Positions 1 through 10,670 are shown, counted from the first letter of the stretch. The stretch is DNA of 64,000 nt from an uncultured delta proteobacterium (GCA_963778655.1 CAVZVA010000011.1:224001-288000); one strand, 5' to 3'. The notes: generated by a model from the sequence alone, not told the origin. Program-made: numbers and translations.

Positions 1-900
1 CCGGAGTACATCCCGGAATTCGTCTCGGGCACGGTTTCGGTGATCACGCCCGCGATCGATCCGCTGCAGCCGAAGAACCGCCCGCTGTCCGCGACCGAGC
101 TTACGGGCGTGCTTACGAATTCCGGGCTGATTCCGGAGACCGAGCCGCTCGTGCGTCCGGCCTTTCGATATCGAGTCGAGCGCCTTCAACCCGATGGCCA
201 GTTCGCGCCGCTGCAACGCGACATGGGGCTGCTGCCGCGACCCATCGTCTCGCAGATCTCGCGCTGGGACCGGCTGAAGGGGTTCGGCCCGTTGCTCGAG
301 GGGTTTGCGAGGCTCAAGCGGGAATGCCGCAGCGCAAAGGGACTGAGCCCGCGCGAGCAGCGGCGGATCGAGATCACGCGACTCGTGCTCGCCGGGCCCG
401 AGCCCGCCGCGGTCCAAGACGATCCGGAGGCCTCGGGGGTGCTGCGGGAGCTCGTGGGCGCCTATCGTGGTCTCGAGCCCGAACTGCAACAAGACATCGC
501 CATCCTGTCCTTGCCCATGGGTTCGCTTCGCGAGAACGCGTTGATGGTCAACGCGTTGCAGCTGTGCTCGAGCATCGTCGTGCAGAATTCGTGGCGCGAG
601 GGGTTCGGCTTGACCGTGACCGAGGCGATGTGGAAGCGCGTCGCTGTGCTAGGCTCGAATGCATGCGGCGTCCGCCAGCAGATTCGAGACGGAATCGATG
701 GTCGTATCAACGACCGCCCCGGCGATCCGGCGGCCGTCGCCGAGTACCTGCTTGAGATGCTGAGCAAGAAGGAGCTTCGCGATCGCCTCGCTCGCCAAGG
801 CCAGCGGCGTGTGCACGATGAGTTTCTGGTGTTCTCGCAGTTGCGCCACTGGCTGCGCATGCTCTCGGACACCATCAACAAGAGGGGACGGTCGCCCTGA
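1..900 (+). CDS. GT4 glycosyltransferase, TreT (trehalose synthase)-like; 5'-partial
   Basis: Frame open from base 1; motifs QISRWDRLKG and VVQNSWREGFGLTVTEAMWK typical of TreT-like GT-B enzymes. Confidence 0.8.
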   Translation, partial: PEYIPEFVSGTVSVITPAIDPLQPKNRPLSATELTGVLTNSGLIPETEPLVRPAFRYRVERLQPDGQFAPLQRDMGLLPRPIVSQISRWDRLKGFGPLLEGFARLKRECRSAKGLSPREQRRIEITRLVLAGPEPAAVQDDPEASGVLRELVGAYRGLEPELQQDIAILSLPMGSLRENALMVNALQLCSSIVVQNSWREGFGLTVTEAMWKRVAVLGSNACGVRQQIRDGIDGRINDRPGDPAAVAEYLLEMLSKKELRDRLARQGQRRVHDEFLVFSQLRHWLRMLSDTINKRGRSP

Positions 901-1076
901 ACCAACACCAGATGCACGTGATTGGACATCAAGCAGTACGCCAGCACCTCCACCTCGCTGCGTCCCACAGCCTTCCCAACCAGCTCCAGGTACGCCTCTC
1001 GGGCACCCGCTCGGTCCAGCTACCACTGGTCCAGCGCAACCCCTCCAGCCAAGCTCACGCGCGCAGCTCGCGGCAT
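884..1076 (-). pseudogene. REP-associated tyrosine transposase (RAYT/Y1 HUH) N-terminal remnant
   Basis: Minus strand from ATG 1076 reads MPRAARVSLAGGVALDQW*LDRAGAREAYLELVGKAVGRSEVEVLAYCLMSNHVHLVLVQGDRP; HUH motif AYCLMSNHVHL; in-frame TAG at 1020-1022; similarity ends near 884. Confidence 0.8.
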
Positions 1077-1198
1077 CGAGCACCTCGCCTACCACGGCCC
1101 CCCCACCGATACAACAATCGATGTATCGAGGACCGTCCCCCCGGCCGATACCCCCGGCCAGCCAGGGCCCCCCCGGCCAGCCCCCCCCGGCCGCGCGA

Positions 1199-2362
1199 TC
1201 AGTTGGGCGAGCAACAACCACTGGAAGCTGGTTGTGCGACGCAATCCTGCTTCATCTTCTCCCAAACGGCTGCCGCCATGGCCTTCGATCCAGTCGAGTT
1301 CGGGTGCAAATCGGCATCTGCAAAGTATTCAGGGTGACCATCGAACACGGGCACCATATCCACAAAGTGGCACCGAATGGGCTTACTCGGATCCAGCTGG
1401 ATGGCTGTCCGATAGGCGCCGTCGCAAGCCGCTTTGGCCATGGGTAGCGCGTAGCTGAGCATCCCGTTCGGGTCGTCGGCTAACCAGGTGCCGGTGGGTA
1501 CCTTCGGGTAGAAGAAGTACACCACGTCCTTCACTCCCGATTCGGCCATATGCGTAAACAGTTGTGTCGCCGCATCGAGCGCGGTCTGCACGATCTTCTG
1601 ACAGTCGGGGATGCTCGTGGCCTGAGCGCCCAGGTTCTTGCAGTCACCCCCGTTAGGAAACATGGCGAGGTCGGGGACAAGAATGTCGTTGCCACCTCCA
1701 TCCATGATGACCGTGAGGATCTTCGGATGACTCTCGAGCGCGCTGTCGAACTGGGGTCCGATGAGCCCGATGCCGCCCGAGCCCATCGACGTACCCCCGA
1801 TCGCGAAATCATCGATCATCAACATGGACGCCGCATTCATATCCGATGGGAACGTATGCGTGATCCAGTCCACATAGGAATCGCCAATCATGACGATTTG
1901 ACTCGTATCGCCGAGACACGGGGGCTCATCGATCGCCGTCCCGTCACCCCCGCTCGTGCCGCCAGTACTCGCCGCGCCGCCGCTGCCTTTGGTCGCGCCG
2001 GGCCGCCCCGCAGCGTCAGCGGATGTTCCCGCGGCTGCGTCCGCGCCGGATGACATTCCTCCATCGCCGGGCGTCACTGGCGCCGACGTGCCAGCCTGGC
2101 CTGCGGGAACATTGTTGCGAGTGGGCGGAGGGGTTGCTTCGCTGCTCGTCGCGTCACCGTGATTGGAGCTCGCTCCGCCGGCGCCAGCGGCCGAGTTCAC
2201 CGGCGCTCCGCCGGCCGCACCTGCGTGCGCCGCGCCGGGCATCCCGGAAGAAGTCGTTCCACCGCTCGAGCAAGCGCCAAACACGAGCGCGAATACAGCA
2301 GCGGGCAGACCATGATCGCGAGCAACAATTCGTTTCATCTGGCGCGACGTCGACTTGCGCAT
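1199..2362 (-). CDS. SGNH/GDSL hydrolase-family lipoprotein with Gly/Ala/Ser-rich linker
   Basis: Lipobox-like VFGAC; MIGDSY block I, GGGND block III, DLHPN block V; start uncertain. Confidence 0.75.
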   Translation of the reverse strand: MRKSTSRQMKRIVARDHGLPAAVFALVFGACSSGGTTSSGMPGAAHAGAAGGAPVNSAAGAGGASSNHGDATSSEATPPPTRNNVPAGQAGTSAPVTPGDGGMSSGADAAAGTSADAAGRPGATKGSGGAASTGGTSGGDGTAIDEPPCLGDTSQIVMIGDSYVDWITHTFPSDMNAASMLMIDDFAIGGTSMGSGGIGLIGPQFDSALESHPKILTVIMDGGGNDILVPDLAMFPNGGDCKNLGAQATSIPDCQKIVQTALDAATQLFTHMAESGVKDVVYFFYPKVPTGTWLADDPNGMLSYALPMAKAACDGAYRTAIQLDPSKPIRCHFVDMVPVFDGHPEYFADADLHPNSTGSKAMAAAVWEKMKQDCVAQPASSGCCSPN

Positions 2363-3137
2363 TGTGCGCTTATAACAAGCGCGCGTGCTGTCAAGAATGT
2401 GCCCGCGCGGCCAACAGTTTCCCGACGGCGGCCACCGTTACGGGCTGACCGCTGGGCGTCGAGTCGAGTCGCGACGAAAGTCCGCCAGCCGTAGACGGCC
2501 CCCCCGGATCCTGCGGTGGCACGGGATACTGCGACCAGTGCAATCTGAACACGCCTTGGGCTCGCAAGAATAACGGTACTGATGGCCGGGCACGTGGAGC
2601 GGCTGGCCAGACAGTTTCCGGGCAATGCTGCGACCGCCACGGCGATACCTCGCTGGCGCGCGTTGCTCGAAGAGCCTTGCGCCTCCGAGACTTGCCGCGC
2701 CTTGGTCGGTTGCATGCAGCGTGCGATCGATAGTGGTCACCTGTACTCCGATTCGGCGTTGTTCGGTCGCGTCGCCGTGAGTGTAAACGCTATGTTCCCG
2801 CCCTGCCGCATCGGTCTGAAAATCCAGTGCCCGCAAGGGCGGGTCGGTTCGACCCCGACCTCGGCTACCGCGTTGAGCCCGCGGGGACTTCCTCGACGCA
2901 CCCCGCGGACCCGGCTGTGCGGCCGGAAGTGCCCGAGCCGGCTGTGGCGAGCGCGCACGCCGGCTCAGCTCCGAGCAAGAGCCGTTACCGAGCTCCGCGA
3001 TTTCGCCATTCGGAGGGCACGCAGGCTCGAGGGCTGACCCGCGTTCGCGGGCTCGCGTCACTTCCTAGTCGGGCATGCCGGTCGACCAGGATCTCGAGGT
3101 ACGGGCCACCACGCGCTGGCGACCGCGGCACGCAGGA

Positions 3138-5525
3138 ATGCGTTTGGCCGCATTGTGGCTGTTCACGGTGGGTGCGTGCGCGGGCAGCGCGCCCGACACC
3201 CCAAACGATGCGGCCCTCTCGCACTCCTTCGCGCTTGGGGTGAGCGCGGTCGACAGGCGCTTCGACACGCGCGACCACTTCATCGCGTCAGTCGAGATGC
3301 AGATCTCCGGCGAGCCGTTCGCCCAAGCGATGGGCCGCGACCTCGGCGGCTTCAACCGCGACTACAGCTGCCAGGATCACACGTGCACGGCGGAGACGTA
3401 CCTCGACCCGGCCGCGACCAGCCCCGACGGGGGCGCGCCTGAGCCGCAGGTCGACCTCGCGGGCTTCTCCTCGGCGGTCGAGTCCTACGAGTACTCCAAG
3501 CAGCCGATGAACGACGTCGCCTTCGAGTCAGGCGCGGGGACATCGTTGCTGTTCGGGCCCGTGCTCAACCCGAAGGGGGTGACGGGCAAGGCCGCCCTGC
3601 GCCTGGCGCAAGACTGGCTGACGCAGCTGGCGAGCGCGAGCAACGCGACGCTGCGCGTGGTCGTAGGCGACGACGCCGGCCACGCGCTGGGCTGGCCGGG
3701 GTTGTGGCCGGTGTTGCAACCGTTCTCGTCCTGGGATCCGTCGATTCGTCCGACCCACGAAGCGCACGGGTGCTCGCTCAGCTCGGACGACAACCCGAGC
3801 AAGCTCGCGGCGCTCGGCAGCGACGACTACGAGTGCGACTACCGCTCGCTGCACCTGCTCGACCGCGCGGCGCAGGTTTCGATGACGATCTCGCCGGGCG
3901 CTTCCGGCTGGCTCGACTGGAAGGAATCGCTCTGGAGCTTGAACTACCTGCAGCTGATGCACGACGTGCGCGAGAGCCCGATCGAGTCCGTGCTCGATTC
4001 GCGGCTCGAGGACGTCGGCGTCCCGGGAAACACCGTCGGCAGCGGTCTGAATCCCGGGACGTACCTCGGCTCGAGCGACATCGAAGGCTTCCAAGCCGGC
4101 AATTTCCTGCAGATGCTCGACAACCAGGCGGCGCAGTGGTTGCTCGAGCTGACCACGACCGACGGGGAGGCGCTCTCCGGCTTCGCCAGCCTGTCCGATG
4201 CGCTGGCCTACGGCTCGGACAGCCCGCTGCGCTGGTTCCCGGCCTCGCTCGACGTGACCGAGAGCGAGGACGAGAGCGGCTTCCCACGACCGGCGGCGTT
4301 CACGATCGCCGAGCCGGGCAGCCAGCTGCTCGACCTTGCGGGATTGCTCGGCGCGTACGCGAGCGTCTACGCGCTGACCGACCGCGGCAACGCCAAGGTG
4401 GGCGGCAGTCAGCCGGCTCGCGTGTACTTCGACGGCGATCCGTTTCCACCGCAGAACCAGACCCCGGACGGAGAGCCGACGCTGCACGATCGGGCGCTCG
4501 CGATGATCCGCGTCGTGCTCGTCGACATCGACCGGCTGCACGCCGATCTCGCGCACGGCGCGTTCGCCGACGAGGCCACGGTGCACGACGGCAAGCCGGT
4601 CCCGGGCACGCTGCTATCGAGCGACGTCGCGGCCTACACGCTGCTGGCGCTGCGTACGGCGCGTCGCGCGCTCGACTCGCAGCTGACGCTGTACGGGAAC
4701 ACCACGCCCGATACCGCGGGCATCCCGTGTCCGCTCGACGCATTCCCGCTCGCCGGGAGCGCCGCCTTCGGAGCGCGCCTGGATCAGCTGGTCGCTGCGC
4801 TCGCCGCCGTCTTCTACGACAAGCTCACTGCCGAAGATGGCCGCGCTTTCCTGGGCTGGGACTTCGCGCAGGGCGCACCGACCGGCGATGCGACCCACCT
4901 GGACGCGCACACCGCCGCGATCAAGGGTCTGCTCACCGCCTACCTGGCCACCGGCGCGACCAAGTACCGCGCTCGCGCGCAGCGCGTGTGGCAGCGGCTC
5001 GAGCGCGATTTCTACGACCCGGACGCGCGCGTGTATCGTACCGTCGCCGGCGACCGCGGGCCGAAGCTGACCTTCACGCCGCGCCGCTTCGGGCTGCTGC
5101 AGGGCGCGTTGCGCGACAGCTACGAGCTGATCGCGGTGCTGCCCGGCAACGACACGATGCGCCGGCTGATCGAGCAGCGCGTCGGGCGCTTGAACACGCT
5201 GGTGCTCAACGGCTGGGACGATCGCAATCGGGACGGCGCCGTGCAGTGGCCGGACGAGTGCGTCCAGCTGGGCCACGATGCCGGCGGCCAGCCGCTCGGG
5301 CTGGGCGGGCTGCAGATGGCCGAACGCACGCTGACCGGCGAGACCGGCTCGTATCCCGAGCCGAACCCCGACGGCTCGCGTGCGATCGCCGAAGATCGCG
5401 ATCGCGACTGCGTACCCGAGATTTCGGCGGTCGGGCTGCCGGCGGCGCTCGCGAGCTCGATCACGTTCATGCTGAAGCCGGCAGCGGCGCGCGCGCCACG
5501 CGACGCCGGTGAGGACGCACAATGA
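3138..5525 (+). CDS. large exported lipoprotein of unknown function
   Basis: Long ORF with host-like codon bias; signal/lipobox MRLAALWLFTVGAC from ATG 3138; stop overlaps next start (ATGA). Confidence 0.7.
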   Translation: MRLAALWLFTVGACAGSAPDTPNDAALSHSFALGVSAVDRRFDTRDHFIASVEMQISGEPFAQAMGRDLGGFNRDYSCQDHTCTAETYLDPAATSPDGGAPEPQVDLAGFSSAVESYEYSKQPMNDVAFESGAGTSLLFGPVLNPKGVTGKAALRLAQDWLTQLASASNATLRVVVGDDAGHALGWPGLWPVLQPFSSWDPSIRPTHEAHGCSLSSDDNPSKLAALGSDDYECDYRSLHLLDRAAQVSMTISPGASGWLDWKESLWSLNYLQLMHDVRESPIESVLDSRLEDVGVPGNTVGSGLNPGTYLGSSDIEGFQAGNFLQMLDNQAAQWLLELTTTDGEALSGFASLSDALAYGSDSPLRWFPASLDVTESEDESGFPRPAAFTIAEPGSQLLDLAGLLGAYASVYALTDRGNAKVGGSQPARVYFDGDPFPPQNQTPDGEPTLHDRALAMIRVVLVDIDRLHADLAHGAFADEATVHDGKPVPGTLLSSDVAAYTLLALRTARRALDSQLTLYGNTTPDTAGIPCPLDAFPLAGSAAFGARLDQLVAALAAVFYDKLTAEDGRAFLGWDFAQGAPTGDATHLDAHTAAIKGLLTAYLATGATKYRARAQRVWQRLERDFYDPDARVYRTVAGDRGPKLTFTPRRFGLLQGALRDSYELIAVLPGNDTMRRLIEQRVGRLNTLVLNGWDDRNRDGAVQWPDECVQLGHDAGGQPLGLGGLQMAERTLTGETGSYPEPNPDGSRAIAEDRDRDCVPEISAVGLPAALASSITFMLKPAAARAPRDAGEDAQ

Positions 5526-7552
5526 AGGCGGCGCTCCTGTACATCGCCGGGCTGGGCGTCGCAATCGGCTGCGGTTGCGCGCCGGATGCCGCGCCCGCAA
5601 GCGCGCAGCAGACCCACTCGGGGGCGCTCGTGGCGAGCCCGGACGGAACGCGCCTGTATGTAGCTCACCCCGACGCGGACAGCGTCAGCGCCGTCGATAC
5701 ATCGACGCGGCGCGTCCTGCACGAGCGGTTACTGGCGAGCGAGCGGCCGGCGCGCGATGCCGCGGGCCGCTACGAGCCCGCGGTCGGACCGCGCGCGCTC
5801 GCCCTGGACGCGACGGCGAGCACGCTCTACATCACCGGCCAGCGCTCCGGCCGCGTGTACCGACTCGACGCGGCGTCGCTGCGCGTCGAGGCCTCGGTGT
5901 TCGTCTGCTCCGAGCCGATCGGAGTGCTGGTCAGCGCCGACGACCGCCACCTGTTCGTCGCCTGCGCGCAGGACGACGAGGTCGTCGAGCTCTCGGCCAA
6001 GCCGCTGAAGCCCACCGCGCGCGTGGCCTGCCCGCGCAAGCCCTGGGCGCTGGCCTGGGCCGGCGACGGGACGAGCTTGATCGCCACGCACTTCTTGGGG
6101 CCGGGCGTGAGCCGCTTCACCACCGAGCCGCTGGCGCTGAAGGCGACCTGGACGCTCGACGACGGCCCGCCGCGTCCGAGCCCGAGCACGCCTGACGGCG
6201 ATCCGGACCCGACCGAGCCACACGGCGCGGTGCGCGGGATCTACGATGCGATGATTCGGCCCGGCAGCTCGGAGCTGTGGGTCGCGCACCTAATGCTGGG
6301 CACGGACACGGCCCAGCCCGAGCTCGATTTCGAGCGCACGGTGTTTCCCGCGCTGACCATCCTCGACCGCAACGGCCGCCAGCTCGCGCGCCTGTCGGTG
6401 CAAGCCCATCCCGGCGACGGCGGCGCGTTCGGCGACGTGGTGTCGGGGCCGCATGCGCTCGCGTTCTCCGCCGACGGCAAGCTGGCCTTCGTCGCCGACA
6501 CCAATAGCGAGGACGTGCTGGTCATCGACGCAGAGCGGCGTATCGAGACCCAGCTGGTACGTCCGTTGCCGGGTCACCTGCCCGAAGCCATCGCCTGGGC
6601 CGGCGGCACGCTCTACGTCGCGCAGCGCAACAGCGAAGACATCGCCGCCTTCAGCCTCGACCAGTCCGACGCCGGCCTGAGCCTGACGGCGGACGGCCGC
6701 AGCTTCGGCGGCTTGCAACGCGATCCGATGCCCGGCGAGCTGCGCCTCGGACAGAAGCTGTTCTACTCCGCGAACAGCGACGACCTACCCGTGACCACGA
6801 ACCACTGGGTAGCGTGCGCCAGCTGCCACCTGGAAGGCCGCAGCGACGCGGTGACGTGGAAGTTCGCGCAGGGGCCGCGCGACACGCCGACCAACGCTGG
6901 CGGCTTGCTCGATACCGGATTTCTGTTTCGAACCGCCGATCGCACGCGCGTGCAGGACTACTGGCAGACCATCGACGTCGAGCAAGGCGGTCATTTCGAC
7001 CGGGACGAGCCCACGCAGCAGCCGCTGCTCGACGCGCTCGCCGCTTTCGTCAACTACGCGATCCCGACCCCGGTCGCGCCTTCGACCGACGTCGAGCACG
7101 CGCTCGCGGGGGACGAGCTCGACGCGTTGCGCGCACGGGGCGAACAGGTGTTCGACCAGATCGGCTGCGGCGGCTGCCACAGCGGAGCCGCCAAGACCGA
7201 TTCCGCGGCCGGCAACCCGATGCTCGATCTGAGCGGCCCTGCGGTCTCGAGCAGCACGGACGGCGGCGTGCTGCTCCACGACGTGGGCACCTGCGCGGCG
7301 AGCGATCATTCGCCGTCAGAGGACGTCGAGCACACCGACATCGACGGCCACCCGCGCGCACCCTGTGCGTTCGACACCCCTCAGCTGCGCGGGCTGTGGG
7401 ACTCGGCACCGTATCTGCACGACGGCAGCGCCGCGACGCTGGCGGACGTGCTGCCGAGCATGCTGCGTGCGGTGGCCGAGCCCGGCGCCGACCCGCCCGA
7501 GCTTGCTGACGGCGATCGACGCGCGTTGATCGAGTACTTGCGGAGCTTGTGA
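5522..7552 (+). CDS. YncE-like beta-propeller fused to di-haem cytochrome c peroxidase/MauG-family domain, lipoprotein
   Basis: Propeller repeats (SPDGTRLYVA, SADGKLAFVA); two CxxCH motifs (CASCH, CGGCH); RDTPT and FDTPQLRGLWDSAPYLHDG. Confidence 0.8.
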   Translation: MKAALLYIAGLGVAIGCGCAPDAAPASAQQTHSGALVASPDGTRLYVAHPDADSVSAVDTSTRRVLHERLLASERPARDAAGRYEPAVGPRALALDATASTLYITGQRSGRVYRLDAASLRVEASVFVCSEPIGVLVSADDRHLFVACAQDDEVVELSAKPLKPTARVACPRKPWALAWAGDGTSLIATHFLGPGVSRFTTEPLALKATWTLDDGPPRPSPSTPDGDPDPTEPHGAVRGIYDAMIRPGSSELWVAHLMLGTDTAQPELDFERTVFPALTILDRNGRQLARLSVQAHPGDGGAFGDVVSGPHALAFSADGKLAFVADTNSEDVLVIDAERRIETQLVRPLPGHLPEAIAWAGGTLYVAQRNSEDIAAFSLDQSDAGLSLTADGRSFGGLQRDPMPGELRLGQKLFYSANSDDLPVTTNHWVACASCHLEGRSDAVTWKFAQGPRDTPTNAGGLLDTGFLFRTADRTRVQDYWQTIDVEQGGHFDRDEPTQQPLLDALAAFVNYAIPTPVAPSTDVEHALAGDELDALRARGEQVFDQIGCGGCHSGAAKTDSAAGNPMLDLSGPAVSSSTDGGVLLHDVGTCAASDHSPSEDVEHTDIDGHPRAPCAFDTPQLRGLWDSAPYLHDGSAATLADVLPSMLRAVAEPGADPPELADGDRRALIEYLRSL

Positions 7553-7584
7553 ACGACGACCGTCACATGGCAAGAGGAGAGCGT

Positions 7585-9402
7585 ATGCACCGTCGATTGC
7601 AATTCTGGTTCTCAACGTTGTTGGCGCTCGCAGCGATCGCCATTGCGCACACGGCCCTCGCCGACGGCACCTGGGCGATGGCGCCGGCGAACACCGCGGC
7701 CGGCGGCCAGGCGTTCGGGCTGTGGTTGCTCTCCGACGGGCGCGTGCTGTCGCACGGCGGGGCGCTGAACCAGTTCGTGATCCTGACCCCGGACGTCAAG
7801 GGCAGCTACGAGCACGGCAGCTGGAGCCCGGCCGCGAGCAAGCAACACGCGCGCGGCGGGGCCCAACAGCACGTGCTCAAGGACGGGCGCTTCTTCGAGG
7901 CTGGCGGCGAGTACGTCGACGGGCCGGCGTGCACGCCGGCGCTGTGCGCGAGCGGCGAGATCTACGACCCGGTCGCGGACAAATGGACCGACATCACGCC
8001 CGCGCCCCACGACATCGGCGATACCGGCAGCGCGATGCTCGACGACGGTCGCATCCTGGACAGCACGCGCAAAGGCAACCAGATCCAGATCTACGACCCG
8101 GCGACCGACAAGTGGACCGACGGCAAGTCGATGCCGCTCAACAACGGCCAAGAGAACGCGTGGGCCGCGCTGCAAAACGGCGGCGTGCTCGCCGTGGGTT
8201 ACGCCAGGGACGGCGCCGCGATCTACGACTCGGCGAGCGGCACTTGGCAGCGCACCGGCGCGGTCCCGAGCGGCTTCGACGTCGGTGACGCGGGGGGCAT
8301 CTCGCTGATGTTCGACGGCCGGGTGTTCGTGTACGGCCTCGGCAAGAGCTACATCTACACGCCGGGCCCGACGGGCGCCGATCCGGGGACGTGGGATTTC
8401 GGGCCGGACCTGCTCAACGGCAACCGCGCCGAAGACGAGTTCACGGACACGCTGCCCAACGGCCAGGTGTGGGGCGCCTTGGTCCAGATGACGTACGGGC
8501 CGGGCGTGGTGCTGCAGGAGTTCGACCCGATGACGAACACCTCGAAATCGGTCACACCGCCGCCGGACACGGGCAATCCCTACCCGATCGGCTACGTGAA
8601 CCTGCCCAACGGCCAGGTGATGGTCACGGCCGAGCGCAACGATTGGATCTACACGCCGGATACGCAGCCGCAAGACGAGTGGCGGCCGGTGGTGACCTCG
8701 GTCGATTTCAACAGCGATGGCACGTACACCCTGAAGGGCACGCAGCTCACCGGCCTGATCAACGGCGCCGACGAAGGCGACGACATGACCATGGCCGAGA
8801 ACTTTCCAGTCGTCTGGCTGACCGATGAGACCGGCGACGTGCACTACTGCCGCTCGTTCAATTTCAGTCACATGATGCCGCACAAGGCCCCGCTCGAGGA
8901 GAGCTGCCAGTTCACGACGCCGGCCGATCTGCCCGCTGGCACCTACGATCTCTACGTGTCGGCGGTCGGCGTCATCTCCAAGGATCCGGTGCTGTTCACG
9001 ACTGGCATGGGCGGCAAGCCGACCGGCGGCGGCAGCGGCGGCAGCGGCGGCAGCGGCGCCGCCGGCTCCGGCAGCGGCGGAGCGGGCGCGGGCACGGGCA
9101 CCGGCGGCACGTCCGGGCAGGCCGACGCCGGCAGCGCCACCGGTGCGACCGGCGTGGGAGGCGCGGGCGGCTCGAGCGGCTCGAGCGGCGGCGGCGTGCC
9201 CAACAACGGCACGGGCGTCACAAGCGGCGCGGCCGGCGCCGATTCCGCCAACGGCGCCACGAGCGCGGGCGCGGGCGCGGGCGCGAAGAGCGGCGGCTGC
9301 GGCTGCGACGTTCCGGGTGCCTCGTCGCGCTCCGCACCGCGGGCGAGCTTGACGCTGCTGCTGGCAACGGCGTGGCTATTCACGCGGCGCCGGCGCGCGT
9401 AG
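7585..9402 (+). CDS. secreted Kelch-like propeller protein with Gly-rich stalk and MYXO-CTERM-like sorting tail
   Basis: Signal peptide; LxDGRV..YDP..dkW repeats; Gly-rich tract; C-terminal GGCGC + hydrophobic segment + RRRRA; start may be 7549-7585. Confidence 0.75.
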   Translation: MHRRLQFWFSTLLALAAIAIAHTALADGTWAMAPANTAAGGQAFGLWLLSDGRVLSHGGALNQFVILTPDVKGSYEHGSWSPAASKQHARGGAQQHVLKDGRFFEAGGEYVDGPACTPALCASGEIYDPVADKWTDITPAPHDIGDTGSAMLDDGRILDSTRKGNQIQIYDPATDKWTDGKSMPLNNGQENAWAALQNGGVLAVGYARDGAAIYDSASGTWQRTGAVPSGFDVGDAGGISLMFDGRVFVYGLGKSYIYTPGPTGADPGTWDFGPDLLNGNRAEDEFTDTLPNGQVWGALVQMTYGPGVVLQEFDPMTNTSKSVTPPPDTGNPYPIGYVNLPNGQVMVTAERNDWIYTPDTQPQDEWRPVVTSVDFNSDGTYTLKGTQLTGLINGADEGDDMTMAENFPVVWLTDETGDVHYCRSFNFSHMMPHKAPLEESCQFTTPADLPAGTYDLYVSAVGVISKDPVLFTTGMGGKPTGGGSGGSGGSGAAGSGSGGAGAGTGTGGTSGQADAGSATGATGVGGAGGSSGSSGGGVPNNGTGVTSGAAGADSANGATSAGAGAGAKSGGCGCDVPGASSRSAPRASLTLLLATAWLFTRRRRA

Positions 9403-9416
9403 CCGGCGGCAGCGGC

Positions 9417-10670
9417 TTATTTGATCGGCGGCAGCGGCGGCGGCGGCGGCTCGGTCGGGCAGGCGTACTTGAAGCTGATGCTGGTGAAGCGGCCGCTCAT
9501 CGCCGCATCGCACAGCGGGCCGGTGATCTCCACGTCGGCTTCCCCGTTGTCGACGCTGAGGCTCCAGCCCTCGCTACGCGGCACCTGCTGCTCGCCAACG
9601 CCCGGCTCGTCCACGATCATCAGCAGGTCATCGGGCAGCGCCGGCACCGGATTGATCTTCATCGAGCAGGAGTTGAAGCCGCTCTTGACCTGTTCTTGGA
9701 CGACCTGTTGCAGCGTCATCTCGAGCTGCATCGCATCGTCGGGCACGATGTATTGCATCGTCCCGCCGCTCTGCGCGATGTCGTTGAGGATCTGCACACC
9801 GCTGGCGCCGGGCAGCCCGACCATGTAGGTCTTGATCCCGCTGGTCGCCAGCCAGTCGGCGGCGCGCATGGGCTCGGTGAGGGTCGGGATGCCATTGGTC
9901 GCGGCGTCGACCGGCAGGCAGTTGGGCTCGCCGTCGGTGACCGCCACGATCGCGGTGGACCCGGTCAGCCCGGCGGCCTTGAGCGCCACGTCGGCGCGGT
10001 CGAAGGCCTCGTTCATGGGCGTGCCGAGGATGGTCGCGCTGAGCGCGGCCCAGTGATCGCTCCAGGCCTGCAAGAAATCACGACCCGGCCGAAACGAGAT
10101 CTGCTCGGCCGCATCGATCGGCGCGACCGTGTTTGCTTGCGGGGTATCGAACGGCGTGAACGGCGGACACGCCGTGGTGGGAAAGAAGATCGCCCCCACC
10201 GTGAGGTCGTCCTGCAGCGTCATGATCGCGTTGGCCAGCGCGCTACGGGCCGCGTCGAGCTTGGTCGTCTGGCCCCAGGCCTCGTCCATGCTCTTCGACT
10301 GATCGAAGATGATGAGCAGGTTGCCCGGGACACGGGTCACCTGCACGTCGGGCTGAAACGAGAGCGTGCCGCAGTCCTTGGAGTCAGGCGTGCTCGCGAT
10401 GCAGAAGCCGGCGTCGTTGCAGCTGACGCCCCCGTCACCCTGCGGGCCGGCGTCGGATTGGGTTGGATTGCGAGGACCGGACGTCATCGGCATGGACATC
10501 GCCGCGTTGCCGAACCCGGCTTGCGAAGTGGTCGGTGCGGCGCTGCCCGCCACGGCCCTAGAGTCACCCGCGCTCGGCGGCGACCCCGAGCCACGCCCAC
10601 CGCTGGTGTCGCCCGAGCAAGCCGCGAGCACGAAGGCCAAGCCCGCAGCGCGAATCCACAACCATCGCAT
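9417..10670 (-). CDS. von Willebrand factor A domain lipoprotein
   Basis: Lipobox VLAAC; MIDAS DQSKS; VAVTDGEP; Pro-rich C-terminus. Confidence 0.8.
   Translation of the reverse strand: MRWLWIRAAGLAFVLAACSGDTSGGRGSGSPPSAGDSRAVAGSAAPTTSQAGFGNAAMSMPMTSGPRNPTQSDAGPQGDGGVSCNDAGFCIASTPDSKDCGTLSFQPDVQVTRVPGNLLIIFDQSKSMDEAWGQTTKLDAARSALANAIMTLQDDLTVGAIFFPTTACPPFTPFDTPQANTVAPIDAAEQISFRPGRDFLQAWSDHWAALSATILGTPMNEAFDRADVALKAAGLTGSTAIVAVTDGEPNCLPVDAATNGIPTLTEPMRAADWLATSGIKTYMVGLPGASGVQILNDIAQSGGTMQYIVPDDAMQLEMTLQQVVQEQVKSGFNSCSMKINPVPALPDDLLMIVDEPGVGEQQVPRSEGWSLSVDNGEADVEITGPLCDAAMSGRFTSISFKYACPTEPPPPPLPPIK

Noticed and set aside
2363..3137. Long gap with several short ORFs (for example 2582-3037) and possible riboswitch, hammerhead or sigma54 motifs
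   Set aside because: The ORFs lack codon bias and motifs; CTGA..GAAA does not fit the hammerhead core; the TGGCAC..GC spacing is 11 rather than 10; no riboswitch consensus is recognisable
9005..9300. GGCGGCAGC-type tandem repeats
   Set aside because: They encode the Gly/Ser stalk of a surface protein; not a CRISPR array or non-coding repeat
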